Shown piece after piece: positions 18,357-28,143 of a stretch of DNA of 64,000 bases. The DNA is from Woeseiaceae bacterium (lineage in GTDB: Bacteria; Pseudomonadota; Gammaproteobacteria; Steroidobacterales; Woeseiaceae). The stretch is taken from assembly GCA_030065915.1 (NCBI GenBank), contig JASJCQ010000018.1, positions 4,419-68,418 of the forward strand. The letters are read 5' to 3'. The position numbers and the translations under genes are program-made. Position 1 is the first letter of the stretch, and every line of letters starts with the position of its first letter. The notes under the pieces are model-generated. The model was not told the origin of the DNA. It was given only the letters and a program-made list of their open reading frames with translations, and searched no databases.

Positions 18357-19379
18357 TCATAAATAGTTTTTCGCCAATATTTCAGCTATTTGGACGCTAT
18401 TTAGAGCCGCGCCCTTACGTATATTGTCAGCGACTACCCAGAGATCGATCCCTCGTGGATGAGAGATGTCTTCGCGTACCCGTCCGACGTAAACCGGATC
18501 CTTGCCGGAGGCCTCCGTCACTGCCGTCGGGTATTCACCCACATCGACACCGTTGAGCAGGCTGATCCCCGGCGCATTTTCCATAATTTGGCACACCTCG
18601 GACGCCGAAACCTTGTCGCGTGTCTCAATATGGATAGCTTCTGAATGCCCGTAAAACGCAGGGATTCGTACCGCGGTCGGGTTCACCTGGATCGAGTCGT
18701 CGCCCAGGATCTTGCGGGTTTCCCAGACCATCTTCATTTCTTCGCGGGTGTATCCGTTGTCCTCAAACTTGTCGATCTGCGGGATCGCGTTGAACGCGAT
18801 CTGCTTGGCCGGCCCTTCCATCTCGAGCGGCCGGCCGTTCATCAGCAACGACGTCTGCCGAACCAGCTCCTCGATGGCGCTGCGCCCGGCCCCGGACACG
18901 GCCTGGTAGGTCGCGACGTTGATGCGCTCGATATGCGCGGCGTCGTGAATGGGCTTTAGCGCCACCAGCATCTGGATCGTCGAGCAATTCGGGTTCGCGA
19001 TGATGTTCCGGTTCGTGTACTCGGCGATCGCCTCCGGGTTCACCTCGGGGACGACAAGCGGAATGTCGTCGTCGTAACGGAAGTGCGACGTGTTGTCGAT
19101 GACGACGCAGCCGGCGGCCCCGGCCCTGGGTGCGTACTCCGCGGAAATAGACCCTCCCGCCGAGAACAGGCCGATCTGTACTTTCGAAAAGTCGAAGTCG
19201 GCGAGGTTTTCTACGGCAATTTCGCGATTACCGTAATTCACGGTCTTGCCGACGGAGCGTTCGCTCGCGAGTGCGTAGATCTTCCCGACGGGAAACTTGC
19301 GCTCCGCCAGAATCTCGAGCATCACCTCGCCTACCGCGCCGGTGGCCCCGACAACGGCTACATCGTATTTCTTACTCAT
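18357..19379 (-). CDS. asd: aspartate-semialdehyde dehydrogenase family protein (short Asd / USG-1 type)
   Basis: 340 aa. Has the Rossmann motif VVGATGAVG and the active-site motifs NPNCSTIQ and QAVSGAG. Its position next to fimV-truA corresponds to the usg/asd-like gene of E. coli and Pseudomonas, so USG-1 orthology is equally possible. Confidence 0.8.
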   Translation of the reverse strand: MSKKYDVAVVGATGAVGEVMLEILAERKFPVGKIYALASERSVGKTVNYGNREIAVENLADFDFSKVQIGLFSAGGSISAEYAPRAGAAGCVVIDNTSHFRYDDDIPLVVPEVNPEAIAEYTNRNIIANPNCSTIQMLVALKPIHDAAHIERINVATYQAVSGAGRSAIEELVRQTSLLMNGRPLEMEGPAKQIAFNAIPQIDKFEDNGYTREEMKMVWETRKILGDDSIQVNPTAVRIPAFYGHSEAIHIETRDKVSASEVCQIMENAPGISLLNGVDVGEYPTAVTEASGKDPVYVGRVREDISHPRGIDLWVVADNIRKGAALNSVQIAEILAKNYL

Positions 19380-19417
19380 CTTGGTTTCCTGCGCGGCGCC
19401 TGCCTGCGCACAGTAGA

Positions 19418-20491
19418 TTAGACATCAGACACGTCGGCATTCTGCGCACGGTGTCTCAGGTAATGATCGATCAGCACCAGCGCGACCATCGACTCTGCAA
19501 TCGGTGTCGCACGCAGTCCGACGCAAGGGTCGTGTCGGCCCTTGGTGACGATCTCCGTATCGCGGCCGCTCTTGTCGATCGTCTTGCCGGGAACGGAAAT
19601 ACTGGAAGTCGGCTTCAGTGCGATGCTCGCCAGCAGGTCCTGGCCGGACGAGATACCGCCAAGCGTGCCGCCGGCATCGTTCTTCGCAAATCCGTCGGCA
19701 CTGATCTCGTCGCGATGCTCGCTGCCGCGCTGCGAGACCGCGGCGAAACCGGCTCCAATTTCGACGCCTTTCACGGCATTGATGCTCATGAGTCCTTTGG
19801 CGATGTCCGCCTCGAGCTTGTCGAATACGGGCTCGCCGAGACCGACCGGCATGTTCGTTGCGAGTACGCTGATCTTCGCGCCGATGGAATCGCCCTGCTC
19901 CCGAAGTTCGTTCATGAACTGGTCGAGTTCGTCGAGGCGTGACGAGTCGGCGCAGAAGAAAGGGTTGTCATCGACGATGTCGAGGTCGGGCGCCGCCAGC
20001 TCGATCGGGCCAAGCTGAGACAGGTATCCGTGGATCTCAAGCCCAAGACGCTCTTTCAGGTATTTCCGTGCGACGGCTCCAGCCGCCACCCGCATGCTGG
20101 TCTCCCTGGCCGACGAGCGCCCGCCGCCGCGATAGTCCCGGAACCCGTACTTCCGGTCGTAGGTGAAGTCGGCATGACCGGGCCGGAACTTGTCCTTGAT
20201 GTCGCCATAGTCCTTGGAGCGCTGGTCCGTGTTCTCGATCAGCAGGCCGATCGGCGTACCGGTCGTCTTGCCTTCGAATACACCAGACAGGATCTTCACC
20301 TGGTCAGGCTCGTTGCGCTGCGTCGTATGCTTGTTTCGCCCGGGACGGCGCCGATCGAGATCGAACTGGATGTCCTGCTCGCTGAGCGTCATGCCCGGGG
20401 GACAGCCATCGATGATGCAGCCGAGCGCGACGCCGTGGCTCTCACCGAACGTCGTGACTACGAAGTTTTGTCCGAAGCTGTTGCCTGACAT
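19418..20491 (-). CDS. aroC: chorismate synthase
   Basis: 357 aa. N-terminus is [20 protein letters not shown], with a conserved core. Confidence 0.96.
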   Translation of the reverse strand: MSGNSFGQNFVVTTFGESHGVALGCIIDGCPPGMTLSEQDIQFDLDRRRPGRNKHTTQRNEPDQVKILSGVFEGKTTGTPIGLLIENTDQRSKDYGDIKDKFRPGHADFTYDRKYGFRDYRGGGRSSARETSMRVAAGAVARKYLKERLGLEIHGYLSQLGPIELAAPDLDIVDDNPFFCADSSRLDELDQFMNELREQGDSIGAKISVLATNMPVGLGEPVFDKLEADIAKGLMSINAVKGVEIGAGFAAVSQRGSEHRDEISADGFAKNDAGGTLGGISSGQDLLASIALKPTSSISVPGKTIDKSGRDTEIVTKGRHDPCVGLRATPIAESMVALVLIDHYLRHRAQNADVSDV

Positions 20492-21372
20492 AGTTCTTCC
20501 AGGTTGTGTTTGTTGAGCACGAAAACACCCGCACCGCCGTGCTCGAACGTTAGCCAGATAAACGGAACGTCCGGGTAAGCCGCTTCCAGGGCTGGCTGCG
20601 AGTTTCCGACCTCGCAGACGAGTATGCCGTCATCGTTCAAGAAGCGCGATGCCTGCTGCAAAATTCGTCGCGTCGCATCAAGCCCGTCTTTGCCGGATGC
20701 GAGGCCGAGCGACGGCTCATGACGAAACTCCTCTGCCCTGGCCATCATGTCGTCTGCATCCACGTACGGCGGATTCGCGATGATCAGATCGTAGCGACTA
20801 TTGCCGAGCGCATCGAACAGGTCCGACTCGATCGTCTCCACACGCGAACCCAGCTCATGAGCATCGACGTTGATCGCCGCGACGGCGAGCGCATCGGCCG
20901 AAATGTCGACGGCGTCGACCTTCGCATCGTCGAAAGCCGTCGCGGCGGCGATCGCGATGCAGCCACTGCCCGTCCCCAGATCCAGAATTCGGTGAACCGA
21001 GTCAGGTCGGACCCAGGGCTCGAAGCGTTCGTGGATCAACTCGGCAATGGGCGATCGTGGTACGAGGACCCGCTCATCGACATAGAACTTCAGCCCGGCA
21101 AACCAGGCCTCGTTCAACAGGTAGGCCAACGGCCTGCGTTCATGGATACGGCGAGCTGCAAGCGCGTCGATGCGCTCGCGGTCGGATCCGCTCACCGCCT
21201 CACGATAGACAGCCGGCCCGGCACCCCAGGAGAGACCCGCCACGGAGAACACCAGCCACGCGGCCTCGTCCTCAGCATTGTCCGTGCCGTGCCCGTAGTA
21301 AAGGTTACCGGCCGCGAACCTGTCGGCAACATCGGCGATCAGGTCGCCAACGGTAGTGCTGGATGGTTGCAT
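20458..21372 (-). CDS. prmB: 50S ribosomal protein L3 N5-glutamine methyltransferase
   Basis: Start taken at [11 protein letters not shown] (ATG 21372). Has the SAM motif [11 protein letters not shown] and catalytic NPPY. The prmB-aroC operon matches E. coli, and the 3' end overlaps aroC by 34 nt. Confidence 0.88.
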   Translation of the reverse strand: MQPSSTTVGDLIADVADRFAAGNLYYGHGTDNAEDEAAWLVFSVAGLSWGAGPAVYREAVSGSDRERIDALAARRIHERRPLAYLLNEAWFAGLKFYVDERVLVPRSPIAELIHERFEPWVRPDSVHRILDLGTGSGCIAIAAATAFDDAKVDAVDISADALAVAAINVDAHELGSRVETIESDLFDALGNSRYDLIIANPPYVDADDMMARAEEFRHEPSLGLASGKDGLDATRRILQQASRFLNDDGILVCEVGNSQPALEAAYPDVPFIWLTFEHGGAGVFVLNKHNLEELCQATASDKTS

Positions 21373-21488
21373 GGGATTCTGGCGTCTATTGAACGGCGTG
21401 AAGGTACCACGTGAAGCGCGACGGATGAATTCATTACAAGCGGCTGCTGTTTGAGTAGAATCGCGCTCCCGGTTTCTAATCGACAATC

Positions 21489-22103
21489 ATGAACCTGAAT
21501 AGAATTCTGCTCGTTCCTTTGGCCCTGGCTATTGGCCTCGGAGCCGGGCTTTACGCATGGAAGGTCGCGCCCGAGACGCGTCCCGCCGTCGAGACAGCGA
21601 CGCTGCTGCCGGCGCCGGTCGACCTCCCGGACTTTTCGCTTGTTGACCAGGATGCGAACCCGGTCGGGCGATCGTTCTTCGAAGGCCAGTGGGACCTGGT
21701 GTTCTTCGGATTCACTCACTGTCCCGATATTTGCCCGACGACGCTGCAGACGCTGTCCGTCGCAAGGCGCATGCTTGTCGAAGATGGCTTGCAGGATCCA
21801 CCGCGCATCGTTCTCATAAGCGTCGACCCGGCACGAGACACGCCAGAGAAGATCAAGGCATACGTCGGATACTTCGGCGACGAGGTCGCCGGACTGACCG
21901 GCGGTGAAGAGGCACTCAGAGTGCTAACGGACGGCCTCGGCATTTTTTTCCAGCGCGAGCAGACCGATGCAGAAAATTACAATGTCGATCATTCCGCCGT
22001 CGTCCTCGTGCTGAACCCGGCCGGCCAGTTCACAGCCCTGTTCAGCGCGCCGCATAAGCCGGATGCGTTCGTCAATGACCTGCCCGGGATCTTCGCACTA
22101 TGA
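21489..22103 (+). CDS. SCO1/SenC family copper chaperone (thioredoxin fold)
   Basis: 204 aa. Has an N-terminal TM anchor, the CPDICPTT (CxxxC) motif and a downstream His (VDHSAVV). Confidence 0.88.
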   Translation: MNLNRILLVPLALAIGLGAGLYAWKVAPETRPAVETATLLPAPVDLPDFSLVDQDANPVGRSFFEGQWDLVFFGFTHCPDICPTTLQTLSVARRMLVEDGLQDPPRIVLISVDPARDTPEKIKAYVGYFGDEVAGLTGGEEALRVLTDGLGIFFQREQTDAENYNVDHSAVVLVLNPAGQFTALFSAPHKPDAFVNDLPGIFAL

Positions 22104-22513
22104 GATTGCTGGCTGTACTCGCCCTGATCGTGACTGCCGCATGCGGTTCAGAAAGCGGGCCTCCGCTTATTATCAGCGATCTCGAAGTCACCCGGCCAAT
22201 GCCCGGCGCATCGATGAGCGCTGGCTATTTCCTGCTGGAGAACCGGTCAGCGGAGGAAATAACGATCACGCGCGTCGACAGCGCGCAGTTCGGCCGCGTT
22301 GAGGTTCACGAGACGATTCTCGAGAATGACGTTTCGAAGATGCGTCGCCTCGATGCATTGACGATCCCGGCTAACGGTAGCGTGAGGCTTGAGCGAGGCG
22401 GCAAGCACCTGATGCTGATGCGGCCTGCCGACAACATCGATAACGTCGAGCTGGGTTTCTACACGAGTGACGGCCTCGTTCTGAGCGCCGCTACGCGAAT
22501 CGCGGAACGCTAA
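22100..22513 (+). CDS. periplasmic copper chaperone PCu(A)C
   Basis: 137 aa. Has the lipobox VTAAC and an exact H-x10-M-x21-H-x-M motif (HETILENDVSKM...KHLM). Overlaps the SCO1 stop by 4 nt. Confidence 0.85.
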   Translation: MRLLAVLALIVTAACGSESGPPLIISDLEVTRPMPGASMSAGYFLLENRSAEEITITRVDSAQFGRVEVHETILENDVSKMRRLDALTIPANGSVRLERGGKHLMLMRPADNIDNVELGFYTSDGLVLSAATRIAER

Positions 22514-22514
22514 G

Positions 22515-23345
22515 ATGAGGAAGACCTTGTTTGTCGCCATGCAGTATCTGCTGCCGAAACACCTGATTACGGCGCTGGTGTTCCGGCTCGCGAGGATTCG
22601 GCACACGTCGACCAAGAACTGGCTGATCTCGCGCTTTGTGAAGGCGTTCGACGTCGATCTCGGCGATGTAGCGAGGACCGTCCCGGATGACTTCGTCGAC
22701 TTCAACGACTTCTTCACACGCGAACTCGCCGAGGGCGCCCGACCGATCGACAACGACCCGAAGCACCTGGTCTCACCGGTGGACGGTAAAGTCAGTCAGC
22801 TGGGTGCTATCAGCAACGGCACAATCATCCAGGCCAAAGGGTTCGATTACACGGTCGAGGAGCTGCTGGCCGTCGATCTCGATACTGCGAATGCGTTCAC
22901 GAGTTTTGCGACGATTTACCTGGCGCCATTTAATTATCACCGGGTGCACATGCCAGTCGACGGACGACTCACGGCGGCACACTACGTGCCCGGAGATCTC
23001 TTCAGCGTTAACGAGACGACGGCGGAACGTGTGCCTCGACTGTTCGCCCGAAATGAAAGGCTGAACCTGCACTTCGAGACTTCAGACGGGCTGTTCTTCG
23101 TGAGCATGGTCGGTGCGCTTAACGTCGGCAGCATCACGACACCGTGGACCGGCGAGATTCGGCCGCGTACCGGTAGTCTCGTGGAGACGATCACGCTCGA
23201 GCCCCGTGACGTGATGAAAGGCGATCTGCTCGGCTGGTTCAACATGGGCTCGACCGTCATCATCCTCGGCCGCGATCTCGACTGGGCGTCGGCGGCCGGC
23301 AGCAACGTCAGGATGGGCGAGAAACTGGCCACGCTATCGACATGA
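22515..23345 (+). CDS. psd: phosphatidylserine decarboxylase proenzyme
   Basis: 276 aa. The self-cleavage site reads FNMGSTVI (GST). Confidence 0.93.
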   Translation: MRKTLFVAMQYLLPKHLITALVFRLARIRHTSTKNWLISRFVKAFDVDLGDVARTVPDDFVDFNDFFTRELAEGARPIDNDPKHLVSPVDGKVSQLGAISNGTIIQAKGFDYTVEELLAVDLDTANAFTSFATIYLAPFNYHRVHMPVDGRLTAAHYVPGDLFSVNETTAERVPRLFARNERLNLHFETSDGLFFVSMVGALNVGSITTPWTGEIRPRTGSLVETITLEPRDVMKGDLLGWFNMGSTVIILGRDLDWASAAGSNVRMGEKLATLST

Positions 23346-24304
23346 GCTGGCGCCCCAGCTCGAGTGCCGATGTCGCCCGGCAAAGAGCCATGCTGCTGGA
23401 TCGGACGCGGTCGTATTTCCGTGATCAATCGGTGCTGGAAGTCGACACCCCGGCGCTGTCGTCGTCTGCCGTCAGTGATCCGAACATCAAGTCCTTGAGC
23501 GTTGCCGGGGTGGACGATGGCGTTGCACGGTTGTTCCTGCACACGTCCCCGGAGTTCTGCATGAAACGCATGCTGGCCGACGGCTATCCGGACATCTATT
23601 CGATATGCCGGGTATTTCGCGGTGGCGAACTGGGACGCAGCCACCAGCCGGAATTCACGATGGTTGAATGGTATCGGCTCGAGTTCGGGCTGGCCGAGAT
23701 CATCGAGGACACGCTTCGGCTGCTCGCAGTGGCGCTGGGCGACCGGACGCCGACTCGTCCGCCCGCGCAACTGACCTACCGGCAGGCATTCATTGATACT
23801 GTCGGCGTTGACCCGCTGACCACGAATACCGAGGCACTGGCGCATGCGACGACGAAGGATGAGGCGCTGAGAGATGCGATCGGCGACGATCGAAATGCCT
23901 GGCTTGACCTGCTGTTCTCAACGACGGTGGCCGACTCGTTTCCGGGCGATCGGCTAACCGTCGTTACACACTTTCCCGCCGGACAGGCCGCGCTCGCGCG
24001 ACTCGACGACGACGATGCCTCGGTGGCGGAGCGATTCGAGGTATTCTCTGGAGCACTGGAACTCGCGAACGGCTATGTCGAACTGACCGACGAGATCGAG
24101 CTCCGCGCCCGGTTTAGGAGCGACCTCGACAAGAGAGCCGCGACAGGGTCTACAGTACCGCCGCTCGATGAACGCTTCCTGCAGGCGATGCGATCCGGCC
24201 TTCCGGCCTGTGCCGGTGTCGCGCTGGGCTTCGAACGACTGCACATGTTGTATGCAGGGACCCGTAACATTCGCGATGTCATAAGCTTCGAATTCGAGAC
24301 CTGA
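23342..24304 (+). CDS. epmA: elongation factor P--(R)-beta-lysine ligase
   Basis: 320 aa. It is a class II LysRS-like catalytic core without an anticodon domain (SPEFCMKRMLA, FRGGELGRSHQPEFTMVEWY, GVALGFERL). Confidence 0.88.
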   Translation: MSWRPSSSADVARQRAMLLDRTRSYFRDQSVLEVDTPALSSSAVSDPNIKSLSVAGVDDGVARLFLHTSPEFCMKRMLADGYPDIYSICRVFRGGELGRSHQPEFTMVEWYRLEFGLAEIIEDTLRLLAVALGDRTPTRPPAQLTYRQAFIDTVGVDPLTTNTEALAHATTKDEALRDAIGDDRNAWLDLLFSTTVADSFPGDRLTVVTHFPAGQAALARLDDDDASVAERFEVFSGALELANGYVELTDEIELRARFRSDLDKRAATGSTVPPLDERFLQAMRSGLPACAGVALGFERLHMLYAGTRNIRDVISFEFET

Positions 24305-24305
24305 C

Positions 24306-24767
24306 ATGACTGACTACAAACTGCTGAATTCGCAATTGCAACTGACGCTTGCTGACGAAACCGACGGGCTGGCCAACGCCGCCAACTTCGTCGCACAGCT
24401 CTACAACGGCCTCGCGGACATCAACTGGCTCGGTCTCTACATCTCGAGAGCGTCGGGCCTCGTGCTGGGTCCATTCCAGGGATTGCCGGCGGTAACGACC
24501 ATTGCAATGGGAGACGGCGTCTGTGGCGCCGCCGCCGAGCAACGCCAGACCTTACGGGTGCCCGACGTACACGCCTTTCCGGGACACATCGCCTGCGACG
24601 CCGCGTCAAGATCCGAGATCGTCGTTCCACTGATCAAAGAGGACCGCCTGCTCGGCGTGCTGGATATCGACAGCCCGGTTCTCGACCGCTTCTCTGTCGA
24701 CGACCAGCGGGGCATTGAAGCGCTGTGCGGCACCTATCTCGACAGCGTCGATAGCCACTATATCTAG
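24306..24767 (+). CDS. msrC: GAF domain protein, free methionine-(R)-sulfoxide reductase type
   Basis: 153 aa. GDGVCGAAAEQRQTLRVPDVHAFPGHIACDAASRSEIVVPL matches the fRMsr/YebR signature. Confidence 0.8.
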   Translation: MTDYKLLNSQLQLTLADETDGLANAANFVAQLYNGLADINWLGLYISRASGLVLGPFQGLPAVTTIAMGDGVCGAAAEQRQTLRVPDVHAFPGHIACDAASRSEIVVPLIKEDRLLGVLDIDSPVLDRFSVDDQRGIEALCGTYLDSVDSHYI

Positions 24768-24779
24768 GAGGTCTGACTC

Positions 24780-25790
24780 TTGGGCCAGCTGACGTCACTG
24801 TTCGTACACAAGGTCTTGAGTGTCGTCGACGATGCGCATGACAAGCGCGCCATCCTTCGATCGGTCGGAATCGACCCGGATGCGCCGGTAAACCCGAAAC
24901 TGATGGTTTCCGAGGCCGACTACTACCGGTTCTTCGAACACCTCGCGCACCTCGAGTCCCCCTCGGTAGACTTGCCGCTGCGTGTCGGCGCATCGATGCG
25001 ACTCGACGACTATGGCGCCATTGGCCTGGCGTGGAAGGCGGCGCCGAACCTGCTCGGATCTTACGAACGGGCGGAGCGTTATGCACGTGTCCTGACAAGC
25101 GTCAGCGCCTACGAAGTACGCCGCGCACCGGAGGGTGTCTACTATCACCTGAACCGGGACGGCGAGCGCATCCTGGGGCGGCGCCTGTCCTGTGAGGCCG
25201 ACATGGCCAGCATCGCAACGATCTCAGGAGAAGGTTGCTCGGTGCCGTTCAAGCCGTTGCACCTGTACTTCAAACACGATGCGCCGGGGCGTTCCGACGT
25301 CCACGAAGCTTTCTTCGGCTGCCCGGTGAGCTTCGGCAGTGACTTCGATGCATTCCTGTTGACCGAGGAGCAGGTGCTCGCGCCAAACAAGGTTGGCGAC
25401 CCGGGACTGGCCCGGTTCTTCGATGCGCATATGGAAGGCGAAGTCGCCGAGTTCAATGACGAGGCTTCGCTGGATCGCCGGGTGCGAAACGAAGTCTCAC
25501 GGGCATTGAGCCAGGGCGTGCCGAAGATATCGGACATCGCGTCTCTGCTCGGCATGAGCGGCCGAACGCTGCAGCGCCGCTTGTCTGACGACGGCGTATC
25601 GTTTCAGTCGCTTGTCGATGCGGCGCGGCGCGAGCTCGCGGAGCGTCTGCTGGCCGACACCGGCTATCCCCTCGCAGAGGTGGCATTCCTGACCGGATTC
25701 TCAGAGCAGAGTGCGTTCAACCGGGCATTCAAGCGCTGGGCCGGCCAGACGCCTCGCTCCTACCGGCTGCAGGTGTCCACCGCCGGCTAG
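24780..25790 (+). CDS. AraC family transcriptional regulator
   Basis: 336 aa with a TTG start. Has the C-terminal double HTH (GYPLAEVAFLTGFSEQSAFNRAFKRWAGQTP) and an N-terminal ligand-binding-type domain. Confidence 0.85.
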   Translation: MGQLTSLFVHKVLSVVDDAHDKRAILRSVGIDPDAPVNPKLMVSEADYYRFFEHLAHLESPSVDLPLRVGASMRLDDYGAIGLAWKAAPNLLGSYERAERYARVLTSVSAYEVRRAPEGVYYHLNRDGERILGRRLSCEADMASIATISGEGCSVPFKPLHLYFKHDAPGRSDVHEAFFGCPVSFGSDFDAFLLTEEQVLAPNKVGDPGLARFFDAHMEGEVAEFNDEASLDRRVRNEVSRALSQGVPKISDIASLLGMSGRTLQRRLSDDGVSFQSLVDAARRELAERLLADTGYPLAEVAFLTGFSEQSAFNRAFKRWAGQTPRSYRLQVSTAG

Positions 25791-25905
25791 CGGGCAACGT
25801 CACAGGTTGTCGTGACGTGTCAAAACTCCGGCGCCCGCAGTCAAGATAGCCATGGCGATCCACGCGATGATGAACCCACGATTTCATCAACTTAAGGATC
25901 AGACC

Positions 25906-26742
25906 ATGAACCACACCAACGGCACCACTCTCGTTATCGGCGGCACCGGCAAGACCGGGCAGCGCGTCGTCACGCTACTCAAAGAGGCCGGACTGCCGGT
26001 ACGCATCGGTTCGCGCTCCGCGACACCGTCTTTCGACTGGAATAACGAACACACCTGGGACGCGACTCTCGAAGGCGTATCTGCTGTCTACATTACTTAT
26101 GCGCCGGACCTGGCGATGCCGGGCGCCACGGACGCAATCCAGGGTCTCGTGGACCTCGCGAAGAAAAAGGGCGTTCGTCGCCTCGTCCTTCTGTCGGGCC
26201 GCGGCGAGGAAGAGGCGCAGGCCTGTGAAACTATCGTTAGGGACAGCGGGCTGGAGTGGACAGTCGTTCGTGCGAGCTGGTTCCACCAGAACTTCTCCGA
26301 AGGCGCGTTTATCGACATGGTGCACGCCGGCTCGATCACGCTGCCGGCCGGCGATATCCCGGAGCCGTTCGTCGACGTCGACGATATTGCGGACGTCGCC
26401 TTCGTCGCACTGACCGAGGACGGTCACGATGGCGAGATATACGAAGTCACGGGCCCGCGACTGATGACCTTCAGCGACATCGCTAATGACCTGACGCGCG
26501 CGACCGGCCGCAAGATCACGTTCGAGACTGTCCCGCACGACGCGTTCGTCAATGGCGTCGCCGAGTCCGGCGCACCCAAAGAGGTCGTCTGGATGCTGGA
26601 CTACCTGTTCGCGACCGTTCTCGACGGCCGCAATGCGCACCTGACCGACGGCGTCCAGCGCGCGCTCGGTCGCGAACCCCGCGACTTTGCCGATTACGCG
26701 CGCGACGTCGCGGCCAGTGGCGTGTGGAACACCGCCGCCTGA
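25906..26742 (+). CDS. NmrA-like / NAD(P)H-binding SDR-family protein
   Basis: Start taken at MNHTNGTTLVIGGTGKTGQRVV, with AAGGA 7 nt upstream. The Rossmann GxxGxxG lies at the N-terminus. Confidence 0.8.
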   Translation: MNHTNGTTLVIGGTGKTGQRVVTLLKEAGLPVRIGSRSATPSFDWNNEHTWDATLEGVSAVYITYAPDLAMPGATDAIQGLVDLAKKKGVRRLVLLSGRGEEEAQACETIVRDSGLEWTVVRASWFHQNFSEGAFIDMVHAGSITLPAGDIPEPFVDVDDIADVAFVALTEDGHDGEIYEVTGPRLMTFSDIANDLTRATGRKITFETVPHDAFVNGVAESGAPKEVVWMLDYLFATVLDGRNAHLTDGVQRALGREPRDFADYARDVAASGVWNTAA

Positions 26743-26807
26743 AACTTGCCGGGAGGCCGCCCTGCGTGCAGGCGGCCTCTCGCAACCCCGATTCGAGGGA
26801 CTTCATC

Positions 26808-27359
26808 ATGCTGTCACTGCATCACGGACTTGGCACGGCCGCACTGCCGGGGTCAGCAATCATCAGCGGCGGCCCGATCGATGTCTAAAGCGTCATCTTG
26901 CGGTCACTGTCTCGGCTGGCACCCGCAGAAGGCATCGCGGCCATGCGGTCGATCAGCGCCGTCGTTATCAACCTGTCGTTCATCGGTACGTTCTTCGCGA
27001 CGGCGGCACTCAGCATCGTGATCCTGCTCGCGCCCGTCGGCGGCGGTTGGGTCGCCAACCTGCTCGCGAACACGGGCGCCGTGCTCTTGCTCGTCGGCAC
27101 CTTCCTGGTCACCGTATGCGGCATCGTGCCAGTGATAAATCGGCTGGCCGGCGTCACTGCCGACGACGATTCATCAGCAGGAGTCTGGGACAACTATCTC
27201 GGCCGTTGAACGACACTCAATGCGCTGCGAACCGCGTCTGCACCGTTCGCCGTACTGTGTTTCGCAAGCGCCCTGGCGGTCGCCTCAGGAAGAGGTCGAA
27301 AGCGTGATCCGTCAGCCGCCTGGATGCGTCGAGAGCGGCTGACAACGCTCCCTACTTGA
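26808..27359 (+). pseudogene. DUF1772-like (anthrone-oxygenase family) membrane protein interrupted by two in-frame stops
   Basis: A single reading frame carries TAA at 26886 and TGA at 27207. The text around the TGA (VWDNYLGR*TTLNALRTASAPFAVLCFASALAVA) fits the family's W..W..N..R plus final TM pattern if TGA was formerly TGG. Only the 103-aa middle piece (26898..27209) is open. Confidence 0.45.
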
Positions 27360-27918
27360 CGCGTGAGACGTATTCTCTCGAACGAGTATCGACCTTGATG
27401 GTCTCCCCCTGGTCAACAAACAGGGGCACTCGCACAACGGCGCCGGTCGACAGCGTTGCCGGCTTCACGCCACCACTTGCGGTGTCTCCCTTGACGCCCG
27501 GGTCCGTCTCCGTGATCTCCAGTTCGACGAAGTTGGGGGCTTCAACGATTAATGGAGCGTTATTCCACAAAGTTATAGCGCAGACGTCGCCGTCGGTGAT
27601 CCAGTCCTTGGCGTCGCCGACGGCCTTCTCGTCAGCCGCGAACTGTTCGAACGTGTCCTGCTGCATGAAATGCCAGAACTCACCGTCCGTATACAGGTAC
27701 TGCATCTCGGTATCCATGACATCGGCAGCTTCGACGGATTCGCCCGATTTGAACGTCTTGTCCACGGTCTTGCCGGTATTCAGGTTCTTGATCCGGACAC
27801 GGTTAAACGCCTGGCCCTTGCCCGGTTTCACGAACTCGTTTTCCACGATAATGCAGGGATGGCCGTCGATGATGATCCTTAATCCCGACCGAAATTCGTT
27901 TGTGCTGTATGTCGCCAT
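27352..27918 (-). CDS. efp: elongation factor P
   Basis: 188 aa. The loop reads VKPGKGQAF, with the conserved Lys that is the EpmA substrate. Confidence 0.96.
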   Translation of the reverse strand: MATYSTNEFRSGLRIIIDGHPCIIVENEFVKPGKGQAFNRVRIKNLNTGKTVDKTFKSGESVEAADVMDTEMQYLYTDGEFWHFMQQDTFEQFAADEKAVGDAKDWITDGDVCAITLWNNAPLIVEAPNFVELEITETDPGVKGDTASGGVKPATLSTGAVVRVPLFVDQGETIKVDTRSREYVSRVK

Positions 27919-28143
27919 GTCCTTTTCGCGGGGAATCCGCGCCGCTCCTCAAGATTGATCGCCCTTTTTGGCCGTGGGCGGAATAATACAGCAGTCCGCC
28001 CGCGCTGCCAGCCACAAGGCCGTCCCGGCCACGAAACTGTCTGAAGCCCAAAAACTAGAGCCTCGTCACGCATTTATGACGCGCCGGTACGTACCCTGCT
28101 ATCACATAAGACAGGGCGGTCTTTAACAGAATCAGGACGATAG

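Noticed and set aside
27207-27209. TGA read as Trp (alternative genetic code or recoding) in the DUF1772-like gene
   Set aside because: TGA terminates well-defined genes in this window (for example ettA and miaE), and there is also an in-frame TAA in the same gene. Pseudogenisation is the simpler explanation.
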